Position numbers and translations under genes: made by a program | Source: Hemiscyllium ocellatum | Lineage: Eukaryota | Assembly (NCBI RefSeq): GCF_020745735.1 | Contig: NC_083409.1 | Location: forward strand, 19,736,341 to 19,800,340 | DNA length: 64,000 bases | Reading direction: 5' to 3' | Notes under the pieces: generated by a model | What the model saw: only the letters and a program-made list of their open reading frames with translations | Database searches by the model: none | Told to the model about the DNA's origin: nothing | Shown here: in pieces, positions 52,120 through 62,649 of the stretch | Position numbering within the stretch: position 1 is the first letter of the stretch | Layout: every line of letters starts with the position of its first letter

Positions 52120-54140
52120 CTGGAATACCATGAGTGCAGGAAGTGTGGTCAGTGACAGCAGTTGGAACTCCGGGTTCCGGAGGTTGACCAGTAGCTGGCG
52201 TCAGTGCGGAGCGTCCGTGAGGCTGAGAGCTCTGTGGAGAGCATGTATCTAGATGTGGTCACTCTGCAGCTTCAGCGAATGCAGGGTGAGAGGGAATGGG
52301 GGAGCAGCAGACAGTCCAAAAGGGCCAGGCAGCTAGTAGAGGAATCCCCTGAGTGCATCGCACTCTCCAACCAGGATTCAGTTCAGAATCCTGATGAGAA
52401 TGATGGTTCATCTGGGGAGTGCAGCCAGAGCCAAGCCCATGGCACCAAGGTGGAGGGTTCAGCTGTACAGGGGGTACAAGGAAGAGGGAGAGCGAGAGGA
52501 GATTCGAGAGTGAGGGCAATCGATAGGTGTTTCTGCAGTTGCAGATGGGAATCCAGGATGGTGTGTTGTCTCCCTGGTGCCAGGGTCAAGGATGTCTCTG
52601 AGCGGCTGCAGAGCACCCTGAGGGGAGAGGGGGAACAGGCAGCAGTCGTGGTCCACATCGGTCCCAGTGACAGAGGGAGGAAAGGGATGTGGTCCTGCAG
52701 TCAGAATTTAGGGGGCTCTGGAGGGAATTAGCACTGGGATCTCAAAAGTTGGAATCTCCGGATTTCTCCCAGTTCCCCATCCAAGTGAGAATAGGAACAG
52801 GAGGATAACACAGGTGAATGTGAAGCTGGAAAGAGGATCCAAGTTGGAGGACTTTAGATTCTTGGGACATTGAGACTGGGTCTGGGGGAGATGGGACCTG
52901 GACAGACCAGACAGCGTTGTTCCTGAACCGAGCTGGGACTGAGTTCCTTTGGGGTGATTTACTAGTGCTGTTGGCGAGGGTTTAAACTAACTTGGCAGGG
53001 CTGTGGGAGCCAGGAGGGAATAACAGAGAGGAACACCAGGGACCACAGAATCCTCAGAACAGTCAACAAGTCACCACCCAATGGGAAGGATGCAGAGGAA
53101 TACAAATGCAAGGAATTTACAGATACATGGAAACGTGTTAGAGTCATTATAAATGGCTCTTTAATTTTTGAATATAGACTGGGGTAGTAGCAGTGTAACA
53201 GGCAGGGAGGGGCCAGAGTTGTGAGAGACTGTTCAGGTGAATTTTCAGGTGGCATTGTGGCCAGTGAAGAAGGCTGTTTAAGAGTACAATGGGATATTGA
53301 CCAACTGGGCCAGTGGGCTGAGGAATGGCAGATGGAGTTTAATTCAGATAAATGTGAGTGCTGTACTTTTCAAAGCCAAACCAAGGCAGGACTTTTATGG
53401 TTAATGGTAGGGCCCTGCGGAGTGTTGCTGAACAAAGAGACCGAGGGGTGAAGGTGCAGGTGCATTATTCCTTGACAGTGGAGTCACAGGTAGACAGGGA
53501 GATGAAGAAGGTGTTGGGTATGCTTACTTTTATTGGTCACTGCATTGAGTAAAGGAGTTGGGACATGATGTTGCAACGGTACAGCAGCTGGTGAGGCAAC
53601 TTTGGGAATAATGTGAACAATTCTGATCATCCTGAGATAGGAAGGATGTTGTTAAACTTAAAAGGCAGCGGAAAAGATTTACAAGGATGTGGCCAGGAAT
53701 TGGAGGGTTTCAGCTGTCGGGAGAGACTGAAGAAATGGGCCTATTTTCCCTGCAGCATCTAAGGCCTCGGGGTGACCTTATGGATGTGCAGAAAATTATG
53801 AAGGGCATGGACAGGGTGTATATCCAAGGTCTTTTCCTTGGTAAGGGGAGTCCAAAACAAGATAGCATAGGTTTAAGGTGAGAGGCAAAAGATTCAAAAG
53901 GGACCTGAGCGGTAACTTGTCACTCAGTGGGTGGTGCGTATCTGGATCGAGCTGCCAGAGAAAGCGTTGGAGGCGGATAAAATTACAACATTTAAAACAC
54001 ATTGGGATGGGAACATGGATAGGAAGGGTTTAGAGGGATGTAAGCCAAATGCTGGTTAATGGGATGAGGTCATTTAGGATATCTGGTTAACTCAGGCAAG
54101 TTGGACTGAAATGTCTGTTTCCACACTGTATGACTCCATG
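52120..54140 (+). mobile_element. CR1 retaining ORF1 (SGNH esterase-like) joined to the RT C-terminus; endonuclease and most of RT deleted
   Basis: RMVCCLPGARVKDVSERLQSTLRGEGEQAAVVVHIGPSD (CR1 ORF1 esterase, GTND-like motif), then DIDQLGQWAEEWQMEFN from about 53290. Confidence 0.85.
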
Positions 54141-54807
54141 ACTATGAGGGGCTGGAAAAGCTGAGACTTTTTTCCCTCAAGTGTAAGAGTCTGAGGAGTG
54201 ACCTTATAGAGGTTTATAAAATCATGAGGGACATATATCATGTAAATCATTCAGGATGCAGGTGAAATTTTGTAGAAATGGCAAAAATATTCCCAAAGAT
54301 CATTCCAGGGATGAGGAACATCAGTTATTAAGATAGTTCGGAGAATTTGGGAATGACTTCTTTGGAGAAGGCTGAGAGGAGATTTGTTGGAGGAATTAAA
54401 ATCAGGAGGGGCCTGGATACAGTAAAAAGGAAGAAAATGTTTCCAATTGACAAAGAATTGAGACCGAGAGACCACAGATTGAAGTCAATTGGGAAAACTC
54501 ACAAAAGTGAGATGGGGAACAACATTTTGGCCAGTGAGTGGTTAAGGTGTGGAATGCACTGCCTGAGAGTGTGGTGGAGGCAGCTTCAATTAAAACATTC
54601 CGAAGGAAATGAGACTGATATTTGAAAAGCAACAATGTTCAGGGTGACAGGGAGAAGGCTGGAGAATGACACTCAGTGAATTGCTCATTCGGAGAACCAG
54701 TACAGACAGGATGGGCAGAATGGCCTCCTTGTGCACTGTAACAATTCTGTGATTATGTGATTGAGCAGAATTAAAGCTGGGGGAGGTGGGAGCTCGGTGT
54801 CTCACTG

Positions 54808-54839
<32 letters not shown>
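54808..54839. repeat. (TGC)10 trinucleotide repeat
   Basis: An uninterrupted run read directly from the sequence. Confidence 0.95.
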
Positions 54840-55198
54840 AGTTAATGAGATCAGAGACTGGGACAGGGAGCCAGAGCTCACATCAAACTCTGCCCGTGTC
54901 CGTCACACTGAGACTGGCAGGAGGCTACTCACTGATTTCACTCCATGCTGCAGGAATGGGACCACAGGCTGCAAATGGACAGAGCTCCTCCACACGGTGA
55001 GTAAAACTTACTGACTTATACCTTGCTGTTTAATGGGGTTATAGGACTAAAGAAATACAGGTGTACACCATATGGGACACGGTGTTCCTCAATCAAACAT
55101 TTCCTTTACTGCAACACTTTAACAATTCAGTATTTGTGTTTTATAAATTGTGTTTAGAGATTGAAAGGGTTAATAATAGAGGATTGAGGTTTACTTCC

Positions 55199-55233
55199 TC
55201 AGTCTGAGCTTGGTTCCTTTACAGAACGTAAGC
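55199..55233 (-). pseudogene. IGKJ: Ig kappa J segment (defective)
   Basis: The minus strand reads G CTT ACG TTC TGT AAA GGA ACC AAG CTC AGA CTG A|ggaagtaa = LTFCKGTKLRL. The FGxG motif is altered to FCKG, and the phase-1 donor gtaagt is changed to ggaagt. Confidence 0.9.
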
Positions 55234-55272
55234 CACAGTGAGAGCTCCCAGTGCAGAGGCTGTACAAAAAAC
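55234..55272 (-). other. 23-bp-spacer RSS of J
   Basis: Plus strand: CACAGTG (55234-55240), 23-nt spacer, ACAAAAAAC (55264-55272; consensus ACAAAAACC). Confidence 0.92.
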
Positions 55273-55668
55273 TCTGCTCTCTGCTTCCCTCCATCACTCT
55301 CAACCGCTCTCTGTCTCTCTCTCTCTGTCTCTTACTTAGTCTCACCCTCTCCCTGACCTCCCTCTGTCTCTCTTGGTAGCGTTCAGCTGGGCTTGTGCAG
55401 TTTGTGAACTTTATTTTTCGATGTTAAATCTTGCAGCTGCTCTTCACATGTGGCCATGCAATGCAAGAGGGAAACTTGAGGCCTTCAGTGATTGGTGGAC
55501 ACCAGAGGGACTGGAGTGTGTCATGTACAGTGACAATCCCGGTATGGGGTAATTTGTTCAATTTCATTTACATATAACTGTGGATGTATCAGTGCAGGAG
55601 GTGGAACTGTGTGTATGTCACAAAAATGTGGAATGTGTTAGTACAGGTGGTGGTGCTGTGCATATTGA

Positions 55669-55696
55669 GATTTTTGGATGGCTCTGTATCACCGTG
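55669..55696 (-). other. 12-bp-spacer RSS of V
   Basis: Minus strand directly after V: CACGGTG + ATACAGAGCCAT (12 nt) + CCAAAAATC. The V-12/J-23 arrangement is kappa-type. Confidence 0.88.
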
Positions 55697-55972
55697 AAGG
55701 CCAGCTGTAATACTGCTGACAGTCATAGTCAGCGACATCCTCATTCTGAATGTTGCTGATTGTCAGGGTGAAACTGGTCCCGGTGAATCGCTCGGAGATT
55801 CCTCTGAGTTGAGTTGCTGCAGCATAGATCAGGAGAGAGGGTTTCTGACCTTCTCGCTACTGGTACCAAGCAAGGTAGCTGCTAATGGCCCTACAGGTGA
55901 TGGTTGCAGTCTGGCCCAGTCCCACTGACAGCAGTGGGGGAGACTGGGTCATGATGATGTCCTCACTGATAC
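55697..55972 (-). pseudogene. IGKV: Ig kappa V exon (pseudogene)
   Basis: ccctcag|GT ATC AGT GAG GAC ATC...: [90 protein letters not shown]. There is a TAG at 55857-55859, about 3 codons are missing in CDR1, 4 codons (GSGS) are missing in FR3, and YYC is changed to YDC. Confidence 0.95.
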
Positions 55973-56158
55973 CTGAGGGATCAGCGAGAAACACAGTGAA
56001 GTCAGAACTTTCACACAAAGAGCCTGTCAAATGAGAGATTGTTGGAGACACTGAGCATTCCTCTGGTTTCAGCATTTTCCCTTCAATCACAAGTCATTGG
56101 AATTGGAGTGAAATGGAGAGCAGCTAAAGATTCAAGGTGGAAGGAGAGAGATTTGTAC

Positions 56159-56207
56159 CTGCGACACAGAATGCCAGGGGCCAGATCAGCTGGATGTGTG
56201 AAATCAT
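56159..56207 (-). pseudogene. Ig kappa leader exon
   Basis: ATG ATT TCA CAC ATC CAG CTG ATC TGG CCC CTG GCA TTC TGT GTC GCA G|gtacaa = MISHIQLIWPLAFCVAG, an NS4-type signal peptide. The intron to V is 186 nt. Confidence 0.92.
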
Positions 56208-56267
56208 GGTGTGTGCTCCTGTCCCTGTGCGTGGTTCCTGATAAACTCTCCCTTCACTGGGCTCTGC

Positions 56268-56321
56268 TTTATAAAGCTGCAGCCTGTGAGAGTCTGACTG
56301 GGTGTTCCTCAGTATGTAAAT
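56268..56321 (-). promoter_or_regulatory. Ig V promoter: TATA-like box and variant octamer
   Basis: TTTATAAA at 56268-56275, about 60 nt upstream of the ATG. ATTTACAT (minus strand, 56314-56321) has one mismatch to the light-chain-oriented octamer ATTTGCAT at the expected position. Confidence 0.65.
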
Positions 56322-57319
56322 GGCATCAGGCAGAGAGAGCCACGTCAGCCCCTCACACTTCCTCTTCTCTCTCTCTCTCTCTCTCTCTCTGTCTCAGAGA
56401 ATCATTGATGTGGACAGCACTGAATGAGGCCATTTGGCCCATTGTGTCTGTGCTGTTAAACAAAGATCTGATGATCCTCCAGCTCTTGGCCCATTACCCT
56501 GGAGCCTACAGCAACACAAAGGAATATCTAAACACTGCTCCAATGTCATGAGAGTTTGTGACTCAACCAGCCTTTCAGGCAGTGAGTTCCAGACTCCCAC
56601 CACCCTCTGGATGAAAACATTTCTCCCTAACTCTTCTCTCACTCTCCAACTCGATTGGGCCTGGACTCAGAAGGATAAGAGGGGATCTGATTGAAATGTA
56701 TAATATTCTAACAGGGCTGGGCAGGGAGGAGGTTTCCCTGGTTGGGGAGTCTGGAACCGGGAGACAGTCTCAGGGGGATATGGGGTAGACTATTTCAGAC
56801 TGAGATGAGGAAACATTTCTTCACTCAGAGGATGGTCGATCTGTGGAATTACCTTCCACTGAAGGCTATGGAGGACAAGGAACTGAATATATTCAAGAGA
56901 AAGAGAGAGATATTTGGTTTGCATTTGAACAGCATGAAGGGAATGGGAGAAAGTAGGAAGGTGACTTTAAGAGAGAGGATCAGCCATGATCATACTGAAT
57001 GACAGAACAGTCTCAAAGGGCCGAATGGCCTACTTCTGCAGCACTTTCTTTGTGTCCATGTCTGTTTTTCCTTCAATCTCTGTCCCTGGTTATTGAGTCC
57101 TTGACTCTTGTAAAAAGTACCCTATCACTGCCCTGAATAATCTTATCCCACTCTATCAGTTCCCCTCTCAGCCTTCACTGCTGCATGGACAAAAACCCCA
57201 TCCATTCCAATCTTTCCCCACAGCTGACCCTCCATCCCAGACAGCATCCTGGTAAATCTCTGCACCCTCTCAAGTATAATCACATCCTTCCAAAGAATGT
57301 GGTGACCAGGACTTGTCCC

Positions 57320-57850
57320 TCTGTCTCTCTCTCTCTCTCTGTCTCAAAGCCACTCTCTCCAACTTACACTTCCTCACTCCGTCTCATAATCTCTATTTCT
57401 GCATCTTTCTCTCTCACCATCACTCGCTCCATTGCTCACTTCAATTGAAAACCTCCAAATGTTAATTGCCCCTCTCTATCCTTCTCTCTGTCTCTCCCTC
57501 CCTCTCTGCACCCCAATCTACAGTCTCTCTCCCTCCATCTCTGCCATTCTGTCTCTTACCATACTCACGTCTCTTTCTCTCTCACACACTCAACCCTACC
57601 CACTCTCTCTTGATTCCCTTCACCCTTGGTATCACACCCATCCTATCTCTTTTTCTCTATCCATCCCGATCAGTCACATCTTGTTTCTCTCTCTCTCTAT
57701 CCCTCAATCACACCACTTCTACCTCCCTCTACCTCTCTCTTGGCCCCTTCACATATCTCACACTGTCTCAGATGCCCCTCCCTCTATCGCTCGATCACAC
57801 ACACAATTTGCATCTACCTCTCTCTTTGTCTTGCTTCTCTGTCTTTCTCA
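57320..57850. repeat. CT-rich low-complexity tract
   Basis: Pyrimidine-rich degenerate (CT)n producing three overlapping Ser/Leu-rich pseudo-ORFs. Confidence 0.85.
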
Positions 57851-58319
57851 CAGTGTCCCAGGTGGTGAAAGTCAAATTCAGGATAAATCTCCCTCTGCTC
57901 TGCCCCACTAATGGATGTTAACCCTTGACCCAAAAGCATGTCTTTTCCTGGAGTAACTCCCCATTTCTCACATTGACCAGGGATTGACCTCATTCAGGAC
58001 GATGGACAGATTCTTGTCAAATGAACGGCAGTTCTGTTCTGTTGCCCTATTCTCACTGGGGACTGGTTTGGACACAAACCTCATTCCATGAAGGCCCAGC
58101 AGAGAGAGGAGATCCTCAGACCATCAGTGTGAGCTGGAGGGACAGGACAATTTCTGACCCAGTGACCCAGCCTGTCCATCCACAACATGTTCCAATCCTT
58201 TTCCCTTTCCTTCCCCTTCCATGATCAGTCTCTGAATCAGGCTGTTTGACTGGGATGAGGGCTGGAGCATAACACAGTTACAACAGAAAGGAACTGACCA
58301 CACACCCACCATGTGTTCA

Positions 58320-59965
58320 TGACGTACTGGACTCTCCAACAGAGTCCACTAAACATGGAATTTAGTTCACAAGGCTGCTCGATAGAGAGACATGGGCTTC
58401 CTTCCCATTGAAGTTCCCAGAAGAGACCAGTAAACATGGGCTCCTTCCTGCTGGAACCTCCAACAGAGACCAGTGAACATTGGCCTACTTCTGATTTGAT
58501 CCTCCAAGAGAGATCAGTAAACATGGGCCTCCTATTCATTGGACTTTCCGATTCAGACAAGTAGATGACTGAGTTTTTGAAGAAGTAATCACAAACCTAG
58601 ATAAAGGTAGAGCAGTACACTCTGTCTACTTGGAATTTAGCAAGGCCTTAGACAAGGTTCCTCATGGTAGATTGCTCAGTAAGATTATATCACATAGGAT
58701 CCAAGGAGAGCTCGCCAATTGGATATAAAATTGGCCTGATGATAGGAGGCAGAGGCTGGTGAGAGAGGGTTGTTCTTCAGACTGGAGGCCAGTGACCAGC
58801 CGTCTGTCACAAGAATCGATCCTGGATCCACTGTTGTTCATCATTTATATGAACCATTTGGAGAGAAAATAGCAGGAATGGTCAGGAAGCTTGTGGCTGA
58901 CATTAAAATTGTTGGCATCGTGGACAGGGAAGAAGGTTATCGAAGAGTGCAATGTCATCTTCATCAACTGGGCCAGTGGGTCAACAAATCCAGATGGAAA
59001 TTCTGATAAATGGAAGGAGTTACATTTTGGTAAGACAAACGAGGGCAGGAATTACACAATTAATGGTAGAGCCATGGGGAGTGTTGTTGAACAGAGAGAC
59101 CGAGGGGTACAGGTACATAGTTCCTGGAAAATGGTGTCACAGGTAGACAGGGTGGTGAAGAAGGTATTTAGCACGCGCACCTTCACTGGTCAAAGCAGGG
59201 AGTACAGGAGCTGGGACATCATGTTACAGCTGTACAAGGCATTGGGAAGGCCACATTTGGTCACTGTGTACATTTCTGCTTACCCTGCTATAGGAAGGAA
59301 GTCATTACGCTGGTTTGAATAAAAGAAAGATTAACAGGGATGTTACCAAGATTGGAGGGTTTGAATTATAAGGCGAGGATGGATATGCCAAGATGTTTTT
59401 TCCAGGGAATGCAGGAGATTGAGGGGTGACCTTATATAGGTTTATAGAATCATGAGGGTCATAAATAAGGTAAATAGCCAAAGTTTTTTCCCCAGGGTAG
59501 GAGAATCCAGTACTAGGAGGAATAGGTTTAAGTTGAGGGTGGAAAGGATTAAAAGGAAACTGAGAGACAACCTTTTCACACAGAGTTCGGTGTGTATGTG
59601 TAATGAGCTGCCAGAGGAAGTGGTAGAGGGGAGTACAGTTACTACATTTCAAGGAGATTTTTACAGCAACATGTATAGGAAGGCTTCAGAGAGATTTGGG
59701 CCAAACACAGGCAAATGGGATTAGTTCAGTTTTGGAAACTTGGTCGGCATGGATGAGTTGGGCTGAAGGGCCTGATGCCATGCTGTAAACCTCTATGACT
59801 CTATGATGATGTATACATGAGCCACCTTCCCATAGAACCAGTAAACATGGACCTCCGTCCCACTGGAACCTCCAACATACACCAATAAACATGGACCTCC
59901 TTCTCACTGGATGCTTCAGGAGAGACCAGTAAACATGGGCCTCCTTCCCACTGGACTGTCCAGTA
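58320..59965 (+). repeat. About 44-bp minisatellite split by a CR1 3' fragment (about 58550-59810)
   Basis: Unit ccagtaaacatgg(g/a)cctcc..ccactggaacctccaacagaga starts at 58427, 58470 and 58514, then again at 59838, 59882 and 59926. CR1 RT motifs lie between the two arrays. Confidence 0.85.
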
Positions 59966-61984
59966 CTTGAGCTGCAAACCCAAAATCCACTCCATCATGA
60001 AGGTCTCTTCTTTCAGTCTCAACAACACTGTCTGTCTCTGCACGACTTCAGTCCCCTGACCACAGAAACACTAATTCCTGCTTGTCCTAACTATTGATTC
60101 CAATGTCCTCTCCCACCTTCCTGAAGTCACATTCCATAAACCCCAACTTGTCTGATATGGAGTGGTCCCTTCCTTGTCTGACATCTGAAGTCGTTCAAGA
60201 ATGAACTCACTGCCAGCCAATTGCCTCCATGGCCTCCCTCCTCCCTCAATCTGTGTCCTGCTGCAGACTCACATTCCCTCCCTCCCCTTTCCATCTTTTG
60301 TCTCTCGTCTCCTGTCCATTGCTGCTTCCTCCATCCCACCATTGACAGCAGAGCCTTAAGGCCCCTACAGCATGCTCTCTGACCTCCTGCCCTTCATCCC
60401 TTCTCCTCTCAATTGTTGTGTTACTGAATATATTGTTCAGTCCCATTGCTTTTGGTTTACTGTTCCCTTGTCATTGATTTGCTGACTTTCGTAAATCTAA
60501 TCTGGCCTGTTCCCTGAGTTGTCAAGAGTGTTTGAGAAAGCATTCTTCTGTAAACTGGGTTGTCTGTTTCTCCCAGTCTTTGTGTAAAGGTGAGACTAAG
60601 TGTGTGTAAGTTCTTATACAGCACAGACAGAGGTCATTGGGCCTATTGTGACTTTTAGTCAAATTAGTCGAATTAGTTCCATTTACCCAGCCCTTCCTGT
60701 ATAACCTTGCAATTATTTCCTTTTCAGCTATTTCTCCAAAGGCCCTTTTGAAAGTTGCTGTTGAATCCACTTCCACTCACCTTGCAGACAGACATCATGA
60801 ACTCGCTGGATAAAAATGTTCCTATCTTCTCTCTTGTTCTTCAGACCCTTTCTGAAATGTGTGCCCTCTGGTTACTGACTCTCCTGCCTGGAGAAACAAT
60901 TTGTCCTGTATTTACTGCATCCAGACTCTATAATTGTGAACTCCTCATTGAGTGAGACCTATTTCCAGCACAGGGGGAGAACATTCAGCCTGTCAGGTAA
61001 ATGCTGTCATTTCATGGAGCAATCCAGTCAGTCCCACCCCCTCCCCTACTCAACCCCCAGGGCCTTGCAGGTTTATTTCCATCAAGCGCCCACCCAATCT
61101 GCCATTGCAATAACTGAGTGTCTTCACATGCCTCACCTGAATGGGCACTAATTTCCAAGTCATTACCAATTGCTGTTCAAAACAAAGTTCTTCCTGACAT
61201 CCCGAATCTCTTGCCCAACAAAATGTAAGGTAACTTAAATGTGAAGATGGGATTTTGTCTCCACACGGACTGTGCGGTGGTCACCCTTACTGATACTGTC
61301 ATGGACAAATACACCAGCAGCAGGCAGGTTGGTGAGGGTGATAATGAGTATGTTGTTCCCTCTTGTTGGTTCCCTCACCACCTGCCCCAGGTCCAGTCTA
61401 GCAGAGGAATCAGGTGGAACCTGACCAGTTTGCTCAGTAGTGATGCTTCTGAGCTGCTCTTGATGGTGGACTTTGAAGTCCCTTACTCAGGGTATTTCCT
61501 GCGTCCTTCATTCCCTCAGTGCTCCCTCCAAGTGTTGTCAAACATGGAGGAGGACTGACTGCTCAGTTGAGGTTGGAGGGGAGGGTGGTGCTATGTGGTA
61601 ATCAGCAGGAGGTTTCCTCCCCATGTTTGACCTGCTGTCATGAGGCTTCATGGGTTCCATAGTTAATGGTGAGGACTCCCAGGGCAACTCCCTTCTGACT
61701 GTACACACCACTGTGTTGCTTCCCCTGCTTGGTCTATCCTGCCAGTTAAAAACTGAATGAGGGAACAATTCTGTGCAGGTTTCACAGCTTGGAGACAGAG
61801 CTGCTGCTGGATTCTGTTTCTGATCTCCAAGTGCAGGCGTGTGTGTTTGTGAGAGAGTGACTGACACTTTTTCCATCACTGTGCTGTTTCTGAAAAGAAA
61901 AATCCCAGAGCCAGCCTCCTGTGCTGTCAGGTTCCAGGGAGAGCAGACAGTTCACAGTTTTCTCCCATATCAGTAACAAACACC

Positions 61985-62080
61985 CAGCTGCTCCGAGCTC
62001 CTTCTTTCACTTCCTCTTTTGGTGAAGTTTCAACCTTGTGCTCTGGCAGCCTTTGCAGTTATTTTTTACACTGGGGCTTT
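61985..62080. promoter_or_regulatory. Candidate B-cell enhancer motif cluster (E-box, ETS-IRF composite element, RUNX)
   Basis: CAGCTG at 61985-61990; TTTCACTTCCTCTTTT at 62005-62020 (reverse AAAAGAGGAAGTGAAA, a PU.1-IRF GGAAnnGAAA site); TGTGGT at 62075-62080. These lie in an apparently non-repetitive island. Motif evidence only. Confidence 0.3.
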
Positions 62081-62649
62081 CTGCTGTGGTCAGAAGTTCT
62101 AATAATAAGTGTCCAATCAGTGACAATCACAGCAGCTAAGAGCTGTCAGGACTGAGAAGCCCGGACTCACTGTGAAACATATTGGGAAGATCAAAGCCAT
62201 CCTCTTCATCTCCTGGTCCAAACTCCATCCCTCTCCCTGGGGGTCTGCTGCACAACCAGACTCTTTACAAATGTGGCCACATCTCTGAGAATGATCTGAG
62301 CCCTATATCCTCCATATTGTACAGACCAGCTACTGAAAATCTCAATCATGTCTGTGGGACTCCAAACATGACCATTCCAATGTTGTGCTAGCACACATCA
62401 CAGCAACCGCCCTCCATAACCTTCAGTTCATCCCAAATTCTGATGCCTGTATCCAAACTTACATCAAGTCCTGTTCCCCCAACCCCCTGCACCCTGTGTC
62501 TACATTGGCTCCTCTCCAGCAACTCGTTGATTTCCAAGTTCTCATCCTTGTTCGCAAAACCCTCTCTGCCCTCCACCCTCCCTACCTCTGCCTCAGTCAG
62601 TGTGATCAGCAATCTTGGATGTACAGCTCTCTGTTTCTTCATCCAAGTC

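Noticed and set aside
54803-54999. Isolated heptamers CACTGTG (54803) and CACGGTG (54993) as extra RSSs
   Set aside because: No nonamer at 12 or 23 nt and no adjacent coding segment.
57432-57921. Three overlapping 80-159-aa ORFs
   Set aside because: Artefacts of CT-rich low-complexity sequence that lacks stop codons.
58320-59965. CRISPR-like periodicity
   Set aside because: The whole 44-nt unit is repeated with no unique spacers, and the context is eukaryotic; it is a minisatellite.
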